A program made the position numbers and the translations under genes. DNA of 64,000 bases, taken from a virus. The stretch is from the IMG/VR virus record IMGVR_UViG_3300021964_000015; one strand, 5' to 3'. Shown piece after piece: positions 36,459-45,554 of the stretch. A model generated the notes under the pieces. It was not told the origin of the DNA and ran no database searches. It saw nothing but the letters and a program-made list of their open reading frames with translations. Numbering within the stretch: the first letter of the stretch is position 1; each line of letters opens with the position of its first letter.

Positions 36459-37835
36459 ATGTCGAATGTTGAATTAACCGTTATCAGCGGAGAAACGGTA
36501 GAACTTGATCTTTCAATTCCTGGCGTGCAAGGTCCAATTGGTCCTGGCATTGAAAGTGGAGGCACCACTGGTCAAGTGTTGCGCAAGGCTAGTAATGGTG
36601 ATTATGACACCGAATGGGTAGATCTCACCCATTCAATCGTGGGAGGAACTGTTGCTATTGACAATGATGACATTGTTGATGGTGCAGGCATCACTGATAA
36701 TAAGCTTGCCACAATTACGGGCGTTGGGAAAGTGGCCAATAGTGCCACTTCTGCGACAAGCATAGGCGCTGGTTCCACCATTGTTTTAAGAGATGGCACT
36801 GGAAGCTTCTTTGCTGGTGGCATTGTTGCCACTGGACTTACAGTGCATGGTCAAACCACTCTTAGTGGCGTTACTGTAAACGGACCACTGGATGTTAATT
36901 ATTCTGTTGCTTTTAGTGGTCTTACTGTTGAAAATAATGCGACAGTAAGCGGCACTTTAAATGCAAATAATATCATTGCAACTGGCACTACAAATTTCCA
37001 CAGAATTATTTCCACTGGTAATACTGACGTTCATAATATTAGCAGCACTGGCGATGCGCAGTTAAACACTCTTACGGTTAGTGGCGTTGCAACTTTTGCT
37101 AGTGGCGTCACTGCTAGTGGTGAAATTATTGCAAGTGGAATTACTGCCCAAAATAATCTGGTTACTAGCGGCCAAGCTACTGTCGGAAATATTGTTGTTC
37201 AAAGCGGAGCTGTTGTAAGCGGGCAAGCGACACTCGGAAGCGTTGTTTCACAAGGAAATGCAACAATTAGCGGCGAAGCTACGGCTAGCGGAGTTGTAGT
37301 TCAGAATAATGCGACAATTAGCGGACTAAGCACTGTTAGCGGCCTAGCGGTGCAGAATGGTGCCACTATTAGTGGACTGGCGACTGTTAGCGGGCTCATT
37401 GTTCAGAGCAATGCTACTGTTAGCGGTTTAACAACGACAAGCGGCTTGACGGTGCAAAACGATGCCACCGTCGGCGGACTAACAGTCGAAAACGGCGCCG
37501 TAATTAGTGGGCTAACAGTGCAAAATGCCGCAACAATTAGCGGGAATTTGACAGTAAGCGGCACCATGTTGGTTGACAACGTGAATGTCGGTGATTACAT
37601 GACCGGCCTTTCGTTGCCGTCATTTGATTCGGCGCAATTGGTTTATAGCGGAGGGTTGTTGGTATCTGCCACCTATCCAAGTGGAGAGCCGTATGACTAT
37701 GTGGGAATTGTTTATAGCGGAGGATTGCTGACGCAAGTAGATTACAAAACTGGCGGAGCAGGCGGTTCTGATGTTGCTGTTTTTGTGGTTTCTTATAGCG
37801 GCAGTGCTGTGTCTGAAGTGACACGCACTGTGTAG
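36459..37835 (+). CDS. Fibre protein with Ser-Gly beta-repeat shaft
   Basis: Short collagen-like GVQGPIGP; imperfect 17-aa repeats such as SGLAVQNGATISGLATV. Confidence 0.7.
   Translation: MSNVELTVISGETVELDLSIPGVQGPIGPGIESGGTTGQVLRKASNGDYDTEWVDLTHSIVGGTVAIDNDDIVDGAGITDNKLATITGVGKVANSATSATSIGAGSTIVLRDGTGSFFAGGIVATGLTVHGQTTLSGVTVNGPLDVNYSVAFSGLTVENNATVSGTLNANNIIATGTTNFHRIISTGNTDVHNISSTGDAQLNTLTVSGVATFASGVTASGEIIASGITAQNNLVTSGQATVGNIVVQSGAVVSGQATLGSVVSQGNATISGEATASGVVVQNNATISGLSTVSGLAVQNGATISGLATVSGLIVQSNATVSGLTTTSGLTVQNDATVGGLTVENGAVISGLTVQNAATISGNLTVSGTMLVDNVNVGDYMTGLSLPSFDSAQLVYSGGLLVSATYPSGEPYDYVGIVYSGGLLTQVDYKTGGAGGSDVAVFVVSYSGSAVSEVTRTV
37150..37560 (+). repeat. Degenerate 51-bp (17-codon) coding tandem repeat
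   Basis: Successive units SGVVVQNNATISGLSTV / SGLAVQNGATISGLATV / SGLIVQSNATVSGLTTT; boundaries approximate. Confidence 0.65.
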
Positions 37836-37865
37836 TTATAATTAGGGAAAAGCGAGGCTTTAATC

Positions 37866-38195
37866 ATGCAAATGGCGCAGCGTATTTTTAATGAAGAACA
37901 ATACGCTACCGTCTTAGTTCGTGGTGGAATGGACGGTGGTCCTGTTCCTGTTACGTTCGCCAGTGGTGTAACAATTAGCGGCGTCAGCTTAGGGGCGGAA
38001 GTAGAAATCACAAATGATAGCGGCAGTCCTTTACCTATTGTCCAAGGGTTGCAAATTCCAGCCCATGATGAAGTGGAGCTTTCTTATACTGGAGATAACT
38101 TAACTGGAGTGGTTTATAAGGAAAGTAGTGTTACTGTTGCAACGCTCACTTTAAGCTATAGCGGATCCACACTTACTTCCATTGTTAAATCTTAA
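37866..38195 (+). CDS. Small virion protein
   Basis: IPAHDEVELSYTGDNLTGVVYK; resembles the C-terminus of 36459-37835; TATAAT at 37837. Confidence 0.6.
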   Translation: MQMAQRIFNEEQYATVLVRGGMDGGPVPVTFASGVTISGVSLGAEVEITNDSGSPLPIVQGLQIPAHDEVELSYTGDNLTGVVYKESSVTVATLTLSYSGSTLTSIVKS

Positions 38196-38203
38196 GAAGA
38201 GCA

Positions 38204-39271
38204 ATGCCTGTTGTTTTTAATCCATTCACTGGAAACCTTGATTTTACGGACACCACCGCAGCGGGCGGCGCCAATACTCAAGTGCAGTTTAATGATGGTG
38301 GCACGTTAGCTGGTGACACTGCGTTTACTTGGGACAAAACCAATGATCAACTTACGATTAGTGGCGATGTAAATCTTGACACTGGCGGTGGATTTTCTAC
38401 TACCATCCAATCAGTTACGCCTACTGCCAACCGCACGATCAGTTTTCCAGACCAAACTGGCACTGTTGGCCTTGTTGCTGGAGCAACCGGAAACATCCAG
38501 TATAATAATGCTGGACAGTTGGCAGGTACGGGTGATCTAAACACTGAGTTGGATTGGGTCAGCCCTACTGGTACTTATACCGCACTTAAAGTTAACGCTG
38601 ATAGTAATAGCGGTAACACCGGAACCCTGCTTGATTTGCAGGTGGATGGGACGAGTCAGGCAAGTATTGCCTCAAACGGGGCAATTACAACAAATACAGG
38701 GGCAAACCAAAGTTGCCTCCGATTTAATAGCGGAGCCTTTGGCGCCGCCACTTGGGCTGGAATCATTGCATGGTCCAACGGAACCGTTGCTAACCATACT
38801 AATTCAAATGTGGTATTTGCTTTAAGACAGGAAAACCTTCACATAAAACAAACTGGTGCATTTGTATTTGGAAGAGCTGGCCTTGAGAATCCAAGAGCAT
38901 ATATTTACAGCGATGCCGACGGTGTAGTTGCCCAACGCAACGGCACCGCCGCCCAAACGTATCGGCTGTATAACACCTACACCGACGCTAGTAATTATGA
39001 GCGTCTGAGTTTTAATTGGGATACAAATGTATTTAAAATCAAATCAGAAGCAGTAGGAACGGGCACTGTTCGAGGTATTCAGCTTGGCTCTACTTCAACA
39101 GAACCTGTTGCATTGTTTGGTGCAACACCAGTAGCTCAACCCACTACAGCGGTTGGCTCTGCAACAGTTGCAGGCGGCGGTGGTACCGCTGTTGATGACG
39201 CAACCACATTTGGTGGTTATACACTTGCACAGGTTGTGCAAGCTCTGCAAAACCTTGGCATCCTTGCATAA
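38204..39271 (+). CDS. Fibre/spike protein
   Basis: FNPFTGNLD, GANTQVQFNDGG, QRNGT.AQTYRLYNTYTDASNYER. Confidence 0.65.
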   Translation: MPVVFNPFTGNLDFTDTTAAGGANTQVQFNDGGTLAGDTAFTWDKTNDQLTISGDVNLDTGGGFSTTIQSVTPTANRTISFPDQTGTVGLVAGATGNIQYNNAGQLAGTGDLNTELDWVSPTGTYTALKVNADSNSGNTGTLLDLQVDGTSQASIASNGAITTNTGANQSCLRFNSGAFGAATWAGIIAWSNGTVANHTNSNVVFALRQENLHIKQTGAFVFGRAGLENPRAYIYSDADGVVAQRNGTAAQTYRLYNTYTDASNYERLSFNWDTNVFKIKSEAVGTGTVRGIQLGSTSTEPVALFGATPVAQPTTAVGSATVAGGGGTAVDDATTFGGYTLAQVVQALQNLGILA

Positions 39272-39276
39272 CGACC

Positions 39277-39888
39277 ATGGACACCCTCACCGTTACGATC
39301 ACCGACACCCGCACCATTGACGGCCTGATTTTTGCCGCTAATAGCGCCAAGCTTTTGCCCGAGGATTACGCCACCTGGCTCCTCACGCAAGACGGCAAAC
39401 GCTACGCCGACGCCAACAGCTACGGCGTAGTAACCAGCGCTGGTTTCTTCGCCCGCTTCACTCCCACCGAATACGCCAACATTTTGGCCGCATCAGTAGA
39501 CACCACCGTGGTGCCTGATCCAATTGGTGGCATTCCTACTGCAGCAGAACAGCAGGCATACGACGATGCGGTTGCCAAGTTTATGGCAATCCCGGATCCT
39601 ACGCCTGAGGATATTGCCGAGTACGAAGCAGCAGTTGCCGCTTACAAGGCAGCTTGCACGCCTGATAACGAAGCCGAGATTGAAGCAGCTGAAAAGCAGA
39701 ATGCTGATGCTGCTGAGATTAAAGCGTTGATTGATGAACTTACTGCAGCAGAACGTGTGGCACTTGATGACCAGCGCGTGACTGATGCATTGGCTCTCTT
39801 GGTACAACGCAATTTACTTGCTCCTGATCGTCCTGCAGAGATCGTGAAGTATGACCGCCCGTTTCCTGAAGTGAATGGAGATGCGTGA
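39277..39888 (+). CDS. Hypothetical fibre-associated acidic protein
   Basis: Clear ORF with C-ending codon bias in the 5' half. Confidence 0.6.
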   Translation: MDTLTVTITDTRTIDGLIFAANSAKLLPEDYATWLLTQDGKRYADANSYGVVTSAGFFARFTPTEYANILAASVDTTVVPDPIGGIPTAAEQQAYDDAVAKFMAIPDPTPEDIAEYEAAVAAYKAACTPDNEAEIEAAEKQNADAAEIKALIDELTAAERVALDDQRVTDALALLVQRNLLAPDRPAEIVKYDRPFPEVNGDA

Positions 39889-41342
39889 TGAGTTTGGTCT
39901 GGAGCCCTGATTACGCACCAGTAGACGGCGATTTTGCTGATGTGTCCTTGCTTCTAAAGGGTGAGGGCACCAATGGCAGCACGACCATTTTGGATAGTAG
40001 TAGCAATAATTTGAGTGTTACTGCAAATGGTGACGCTCAGATTAGTACAGCGGTGAATACACCGTTCGGCACTGGTGATGGCGTGCTGGCGTTTGATGGG
40101 ACGGGTGATTACCTGCAAGCTGCTGAAAGTAATTCAAATTTAACTTTTGATACTGGTGATTTTACGGTAGAATTTTTTATCTACTACAACAGTACAAATA
40201 CTGACGATTTGCTTTTAGATTGGAGAAACTCGGTAGGCGGACAAGATCGAATTGTTTTATTTCAGACTGGAGGTAATTTAACCCTATTTAATCCCAACAA
40301 CACCACCACTACTATTTTTACACCCAGTACAAATATATGGTATCATGTATCTTTGTGCAGAAGCAGCGGAACTTTAAGGGCTTATGTTGATGGTATTCAG
40401 GTTTTTAGTGTTGCAAATGCTGTAAATTATTTACCTCCCGGATCCACGAATGGCATATACATAGGCGGTATTGCATTTGCTTCCGGATATGACTTTAACG
40501 GCTACCTCTCCAACATTCGCATCACCAAAGGCGTAGCACGTTACACCGAAAACTTCACACCTCCCACCGCACCGTTCCCGATCCTTTCTCCTTCTACTCG
40601 CATCGAAGTGGGCGACGGCTTTGACGTAGAAGCCGCCAACTACATCCTTGCCGTGGAAGCAGCTGACACAGCCGTTCTCGAGCCTGCTGTACGCACTGCA
40701 ATCAACGACTTCGTGGTTGGCTGCAAGAGCGATGGCATCTGGAACGCTATTAAGGCAAGCTGCCTGTTGTGTGGCGCTCGTACTTTGGAGGGTGCGTTGG
40801 TGCCGTTGAAAGGCAGTGCTCCTACTAACTTTAACTTTACGTTGTCTGATTACGATAGGGAGCTTGGCTTGAAAGGTGATGGCAGCACAAAGTATCTGGA
40901 CAGTAATCGAAATAACAATACTGATTTACAGGACAGCAGACATTTGGCAGTTTGGCGATCTGCAGATGGCGATGGAGGATTACTAGGTAGCAATGGCACA
41001 AGCACAGGCGATAGCCACCTTTACAATGGTTTTGGTAATTTTATTACCAGAAATAGCTCTAGTGTGGCATCAAACCAGCTTCTATCTTTATCACCCAGTC
41101 CGACTTTTTATGGAACATCGCGAGCATCTTCCTCTAGTTTTACAGTTAGACACGGCGGAGTAGACTACATAGCATTAATCAACAGTGAAATCCCGGCGAA
41201 CCGTAATATTAGGGTATTTGAAACAGCAGGAAAATCTACTGCCCGCATCGCCTTCTACTCAATCGGTGAATCCCTAGACCTCGCCAAGCTTGACACCCGA
41301 GTGACCGACCTTATCACCGCCATTGGAGCTGCTATCCCATGA
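39888..41342 (+). CDS. LamG/concanavalin-like domain virion protein
   Basis: VSLLL.GEGTNGST...DSS, FDGTGDYL, GDFTVEF, WYHV...R, FNGYLSNIRITKGVARYT.NFTPPTAPF. Confidence 0.75.
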   Translation: MSLVWSPDYAPVDGDFADVSLLLKGEGTNGSTTILDSSSNNLSVTANGDAQISTAVNTPFGTGDGVLAFDGTGDYLQAAESNSNLTFDTGDFTVEFFIYYNSTNTDDLLLDWRNSVGGQDRIVLFQTGGNLTLFNPNNTTTTIFTPSTNIWYHVSLCRSSGTLRAYVDGIQVFSVANAVNYLPPGSTNGIYIGGIAFASGYDFNGYLSNIRITKGVARYTENFTPPTAPFPILSPSTRIEVGDGFDVEAANYILAVEAADTAVLEPAVRTAINDFVVGCKSDGIWNAIKASCLLCGARTLEGALVPLKGSAPTNFNFTLSDYDRELGLKGDGSTKYLDSNRNNNTDLQDSRHLAVWRSADGDGGLLGSNGTSTGDSHLYNGFGNFITRNSSSVASNQLLSLSPSPTFYGTSRASSSSFTVRHGGVDYIALINSEIPANRNIRVFETAGKSTARIAFYSIGESLDLAKLDTRVTDLITAIGAAIP

Positions 41343-42130
41343 CACTACAACCTGGAAAACTAGTCCTGGCGAAGGACTACATCCACGGTCCTGCTGACCC
41401 TGATGTTGCTGCATACATTGCTGCGGTTGAAACGGCAGATGATCAAGGGCTTGAAGAAGAAGTAAAAGCTGCCTATTCAAACTTTATTACTGGCTGCAAA
41501 GCTGACGGTATCTGGGACGCTATCAAAGCATCTTGTATCCTTGCAGGTGCTAGGACGTTAGATGGAGCGTTGGTTCCACTTGCTGGTACGGCGCCTACTA
41601 ACTTTAACTTTGTGGCGGCGGATTACGATCGGAAGACGGGTTTGGTTGGTGATGCTAGCACAAAGTATTTAGATAGCAATAGAGATAACAATGCCGACCC
41701 TCAAAATAACCAGCATTTATCGGTTTATCTAAGCAAATTAGTTGGCACCGAAGGGCAATTCTATATTGCCAGTGATTACACCGTGCAAGGAATTTCTGGT
41801 ATCAGCGATGTAAATGTTAGATCAAGAAATACATCGCTTAACAATATAAACAGTAATTTTATAGGTTTCACAGGAATAAGCCGTTCTCCTGCTACGGACC
41901 TTTCAAATGAATTTGTTCATAGATCCAATGGTTCTGATACGACTTTAGCAAAAGCATCACAAACACCTGGCTCTTCTAATATTTATGTTTTTGGCAGCGT
42001 CACTTTAAGTAATCCTTACCGCACTGACGCCCGCCTAGCCTTCTACTCCATCGGCGAATCCCTAGACCTTGCCCTACTTGACGCCCGCGTATCTACCCTT
42101 ATCTCAGACCTTGGAGCTGCTATCCCATGA
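41339..42130 (+). CDS. Virion protein paralogous to the C-terminal half of 39888-41342
   Basis: GCK.DGIW.AIKASC.L.GARTL.GALVPL.G.APTNFNF ... AR.AFYSIGESLDLA.LD.RV..LI...GAAIP in both. Confidence 0.7.
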   Translation: MTLQPGKLVLAKDYIHGPADPDVAAYIAAVETADDQGLEEEVKAAYSNFITGCKADGIWDAIKASCILAGARTLDGALVPLAGTAPTNFNFVAADYDRKTGLVGDASTKYLDSNRDNNADPQNNQHLSVYLSKLVGTEGQFYIASDYTVQGISGISDVNVRSRNTSLNNINSNFIGFTGISRSPATDLSNEFVHRSNGSDTTLAKASQTPGSSNIYVFGSVTLSNPYRTDARLAFYSIGESLDLALLDARVSTLISDLGAAIP

Positions 42131-44001
42131 CCTGGAAAACAACCAACACCGCCAAAGGTGAAAACAAGCTGTATTCAGATGCTAAGGGCGTGGTGCCGAG
42201 CCTGGACCTACGCTTTGCATCACAGAAGAATCTGAATGATTATATGACGGCTACACCGTTGGTTGACCACCAGCGGAGTATGAATGGTAGTAATTTGAGT
42301 CCTGGTACGTTTGTTAATAGTAGTGGGTTGATTGAAAAATCAAAAACAAATCTTATTTTATACTCTGAGCTACAAGTCGGATGGTTTTTTAGAAACACTA
42401 CTTCAGCGCCTGATCAAAGCTCACCAGACGGACTCTCTAGTGCTGTTTTGATTGCTGAAACTACATCTACAACTAATCATTACCTAAACAGGGATGATGT
42501 TTCTGTCACTGCAGGCAACACTTATTGTCTTAGTGTTTATCTAAAAAAAGGCACTGGAGCTACAGCGCCCCAATGGATGACGCTTTTTACCAATGTATCT
42601 GGTTTTGGTGGTGGTGATGCTTATATGGCATCATTCGATATTCAAAACGGAGTAAAGGGTTCGGCTGGAGTTTCAATTATTGATTTTGATATTATCGATG
42701 CCGGAGGTGGTTGGTATAGATGCTGGATAACAGCAACCGCGACTGCGACAGTTTCTGATTCTAGCATAGCTGTTGTATTTAACAATAATCAATCAGCTGT
42801 ACTGCCAGTTCAAACTTACACAGGCCAAACCACAAGCAATGTTTTTGTTTTTGGCGCTCAAGTAGAAGAAGGATCTTTTCCAAGCACCTACATCCCAACC
42901 ACCACCGTACCATCAGCAGCACCACGCTTCGATCACGACCCAACGACGGGTGAGAGCCTTGGGTTGTTGATTGAGGAGAGTAGGGAGAATATACAAACGA
43001 ACAGTGAAGACTCTACGGGATACTCCACCCTTGAAATAGCCTCTACTGTTCCCAGCAACATTAGCAGCCCTGATGGACAACTAAATGCTAATGTACTTAC
43101 GCCTACTGCTACTTCTAGCAACCATCACTTAAACCTTGTCAATTCAAACACCACTAACCTTACTGTTTCTGTTTACGCCAAAGCCAATACTTATAGATAT
43201 TTGATTATGGGGGGACGTGGATCAAATAATGCCAGTACAAGTCCTGTATTTGATCTTCAATCTGGCACGGTAGCAGAAGTAGGAGGCAGCGTATGGTCGG
43301 CTAGTATCACTCCTGCAGGTGACAACTGGTATAGGTGTAGCATTACAGCTACTTTGGGCACTGGTGGTGTCGTTGTAGGTGTGGTAGATACCGCAACTAG
43401 ACATGATGGCCAATTTCTTGCTGACGGCACTTCAAACCTTTATGTTTGGGGATTTCAGGTTGAAGAGTCAGCTACATTCCCAACCTCCTACATCCCAACC
43501 GCTGGTACAGCGTTGACTAGGAACGCGGATGTGGCGAGTATTACTGGTACAAACTTCTCTGATTTTTACAACCAAAAAGAGGGAACGGTATTTGCTGACA
43601 TTACTCCAGTAGATGTAGAAACAATTGCTCTTCTTGCTTACTTTAACACTACATCATTTTTTGAGTCACACGGTATAATTAAAACCAATGCTACAAGCAA
43701 TGGACCGGGTTTGTACATTAATGCGGACAATTACAGCGGAGGTTCAGGAACAATTAACCTTGACTCAAACAATACTGGACAAAGATTTAAAGCTGCTTAT
43801 TCTTACAAGGATTCTGATTTCAAAGCATCTTACGAGGGTGGTGCGGTCCTTACTGGTGTATGGCGCAGCCCATCACCAACCAATTTTTGGCTGGGGCAAC
43901 GTGATGCAGGAGTTTTTGCCAGCCGCACTCACATCTTCCGCTTCACCTACTTCCCGGAACGCCTCCCTGACGCAACTCTTCAAGCCATCACCGCATCGTA
44001 A
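42127..44001 (+). CDS. Head spike/fibre-type protein with two carbohydrate-binding-like modules
   Basis: PSLDLRFA, APRFDHDPTTGESLGLLIEESR.N, WYRC.IT twice, G.QVEE..(T)FP(S/T)(T/S)YIPT twice. Confidence 0.7.
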   Translation: MTWKTTNTAKGENKLYSDAKGVVPSLDLRFASQKNLNDYMTATPLVDHQRSMNGSNLSPGTFVNSSGLIEKSKTNLILYSELQVGWFFRNTTSAPDQSSPDGLSSAVLIAETTSTTNHYLNRDDVSVTAGNTYCLSVYLKKGTGATAPQWMTLFTNVSGFGGGDAYMASFDIQNGVKGSAGVSIIDFDIIDAGGGWYRCWITATATATVSDSSIAVVFNNNQSAVLPVQTYTGQTTSNVFVFGAQVEEGSFPSTYIPTTTVPSAAPRFDHDPTTGESLGLLIEESRENIQTNSEDSTGYSTLEIASTVPSNISSPDGQLNANVLTPTATSSNHHLNLVNSNTTNLTVSVYAKANTYRYLIMGGRGSNNASTSPVFDLQSGTVAEVGGSVWSASITPAGDNWYRCSITATLGTGGVVVGVVDTATRHDGQFLADGTSNLYVWGFQVEESATFPTSYIPTAGTALTRNADVASITGTNFSDFYNQKEGTVFADITPVDVETIALLAYFNTTSFFESHGIIKTNATSNGPGLYINADNYSGGSGTINLDSNNTGQRFKAAYSYKDSDFKASYEGGAVLTGVWRSPSPTNFWLGQRDAGVFASRTHIFRFTYFPERLPDATLQAITAS

Positions 44002-44017
44002 CCATAAGTATCAACTT

Positions 44018-44081
44018 TCCCGAACGGTAACAATCAACCAATAAATCCGCAAACATCCAACTTTTATCCCGAACGGTAACA
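44018..44081 (+). repeat. 15-bp direct repeat TCCCGAACGGTAACA x2
   Basis: Copies at 44018-44032 and 44067-44081, each preceded by CAACTT. Confidence 0.85.
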
Positions 44082-44084
44082 CCC

Positions 44085-44137
44085 ATGACGAGCAACGCAA
44101 TCCAACGAAAGCAAGCGGCGTCCCCTGGCCCGACTGA
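44085..44137 (+). pseudogene. Remnant of a small fibre-associated gene
   Basis: 44087-44137 reads DEQRNPTKASGVPWPD*, matching from memory the ...DEQ..PTKA.GVPW C-terminus of a common cyanophage family; out of frame with ATG 44085. Confidence 0.55.
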
Positions 44138-44192
44138 TCCGCTAATATATACAAGCAATTTTTCACCGGAGAGATCACAAGCGTTCCGTAGC

Positions 44193-44239
44193 GTCCGGCT
44201 GCGGCAAGGTTGGCACCGCGTGAGGACCAGCTACCGGAC
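44193..44239 (+). ncRNA. Candidate pseudoknotted RNA in the 5' leader of 44270
   Basis: GTCCGG/CCGGAC outer stem, TGCGG/CCGCG inner stem, loop GGTTGG pairing with CCAGCT. Confidence 0.4.
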
Positions 44240-44269
44240 ACCAAATTAATTTTTTGTTTCTTGGGTAAG

Positions 44270-44629
44270 ATGACTATTCCTAATTTTAAAACCCAAGAAG
44301 ATTGGGAAGAATTTGCCAGCATGTTTGATGCACGCTGGCATTGCAAGAAAGCATTGTTGGATCGTGTGAAGGATGATCTATATCCTAAGTATGAATGGTT
44401 TGAACTCACTGCAGGAGCACTTGAAACTATCAATGACATCGTGCAATCCATGCTATATGACACAGAGTTTGAATTTGAGCAGAAGTATCCTGAATACAAA
44501 CGTGATATGGATGATATCTTTGTTCCCCGTGGTTCTTTTAAGCAAGAAGTAACAGAAGCATTGCTGGAGGCAAATCAAAAGTTCTGGAACAAATCCAATG
44601 AACCTTTTGATTTACCTACCAAGGATTAA
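44270..44629 (+). CDS. Hypothetical protein
   Basis: ATG 44270 in listed ORF; converges on 44633. Confidence 0.6.
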   Translation: MTIPNFKTQEDWEEFASMFDARWHCKKALLDRVKDDLYPKYEWFELTAGALETINDIVQSMLYDTEFEFEQKYPEYKRDMDDIFVPRGSFKQEVTEALLEANQKFWNKSNEPFDLPTKD

Positions 44630-44632
44630 TAG

Positions 44633-44857
44633 TTAGGAATAATATTGCTCTTTCCACTTGGCATGGAGATGACCGTAGTCCCTGGGCTCAGTAACAGGGA
44701 CTTTTTCTTGCTTACATAAATCACACGATCCTTCATGGTAGGTAGCGTAGTGATGTGGTGGACCAACGTAAGTACCTTTTGTGTACCAGGTACCAAAGTT
44801 CTGACCGCATGCATCACATATCCATTGTGGATAAGTAGGATCTTTAGTTCTTGTCAT
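44633..44857 (-). CDS. Small zinc-finger-like protein
   Basis: WICDACG...ATYHEGSCDLC....VTEPRDYGHL. Confidence 0.65.
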   Translation of the reverse strand: MTRTKDPTYPQWICDACGQNFGTWYTKGTYVGPPHHYATYHEGSCDLCKQEKVPVTEPRDYGHLHAKWKEQYYS

Positions 44858-45182
44858 TGTTCAATGCCTTGATGCAATCAATAATTTGCTTTGCTTTTTT
44901 ATATTCCTTATCAAAGTAATCAAGGTTTTCCTGGGCAGCAGCATAGAAAGCTTTAAAGATCTGTTGACCAGATAGTTCTTCGTTGAATTCACAGATTGTA
45001 TCAAGAAAATATTCTTTTGCTTTATCAAAATGTGTCTTTTGATTTAAGCTTTGGACAGCATCTTTTGTGTTGTGCATTTTTTCCCTGGAGGATTTAGTAA
45101 CAAGAGGCTGGTCTAATTCAGCAACCAACTTGTTGTGTTTGTACCACTTTTGCCATTGTTCAATGCTTTGTTGAGAATCCAT
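44844..45182 (-). CDS. Hypothetical protein
   Basis: Packed ORF. Confidence 0.6.
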   Translation of the reverse strand: MDSQQSIEQWQKWYKHNKLVAELDQPLVTKSSREKMHNTKDAVQSLNQKTHFDKAKEYFLDTICEFNEELSGQQIFKAFYAAAQENLDYFDKEYKKAKQIIDCIKALNNDKN

Positions 45183-45251
45183 TTTTTCTTTAAAATAAAT
45201 AGACGCATCACTAGTGTGATACGTCTTTGTACAATTAAAATTACAAGAAAA

Positions 45252-45554
45252 TTAAGAAACGGTTTCCATTTCTAATTGCCCTGCTTCATAGAGGCGAATT
45301 GCTTCAAGCATTTCAAAATAACGTTGGCGCATAGCAGCACCTGCTTCGTTGACGCAGAAGTCAAACCATAAACCAGTGTATGTTCCCTTAACACCAGGGG
45401 GTGCATCCTTACGGCCACTGCACTGGTACATGTGCTCCATGAAGTCAGCTTTCTTTTGCTCAGCGCTTACATCCCATGTTTCAAGTTGGTTTTTTAACCA
45501 TGGGGAATCAAAAGCACCAGTGGTCCGGAGCTTTGTTGCAAGATCGTCAGTCAT
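45252..45554 (-). CDS. Hypothetical protein
   Basis: Packed ORF overlapping the upstream stop. Confidence 0.6.
   Translation of the reverse strand: MTDDLATKLRTTGAFDSPWLKNQLETWDVSAEQKKADFMEHMYQCSGRKDAPPGVKGTYTGLWFDFCVNEAGAAMRQRYFEMLEAIRLYEAGQLEMETVS

Noticed and set aside
39888-44001. Diversity-generating retroelement TR/VR pair
   Set aside because: Differences between the paired blocks are not confined to adenines, both copies are coding, and no reverse transcriptase is in the window.
829-44044. Many short alternative-frame and antisense ORFs in the ORF track
   Set aside because: They lie within well-supported genes and show no motifs or initiation signals.
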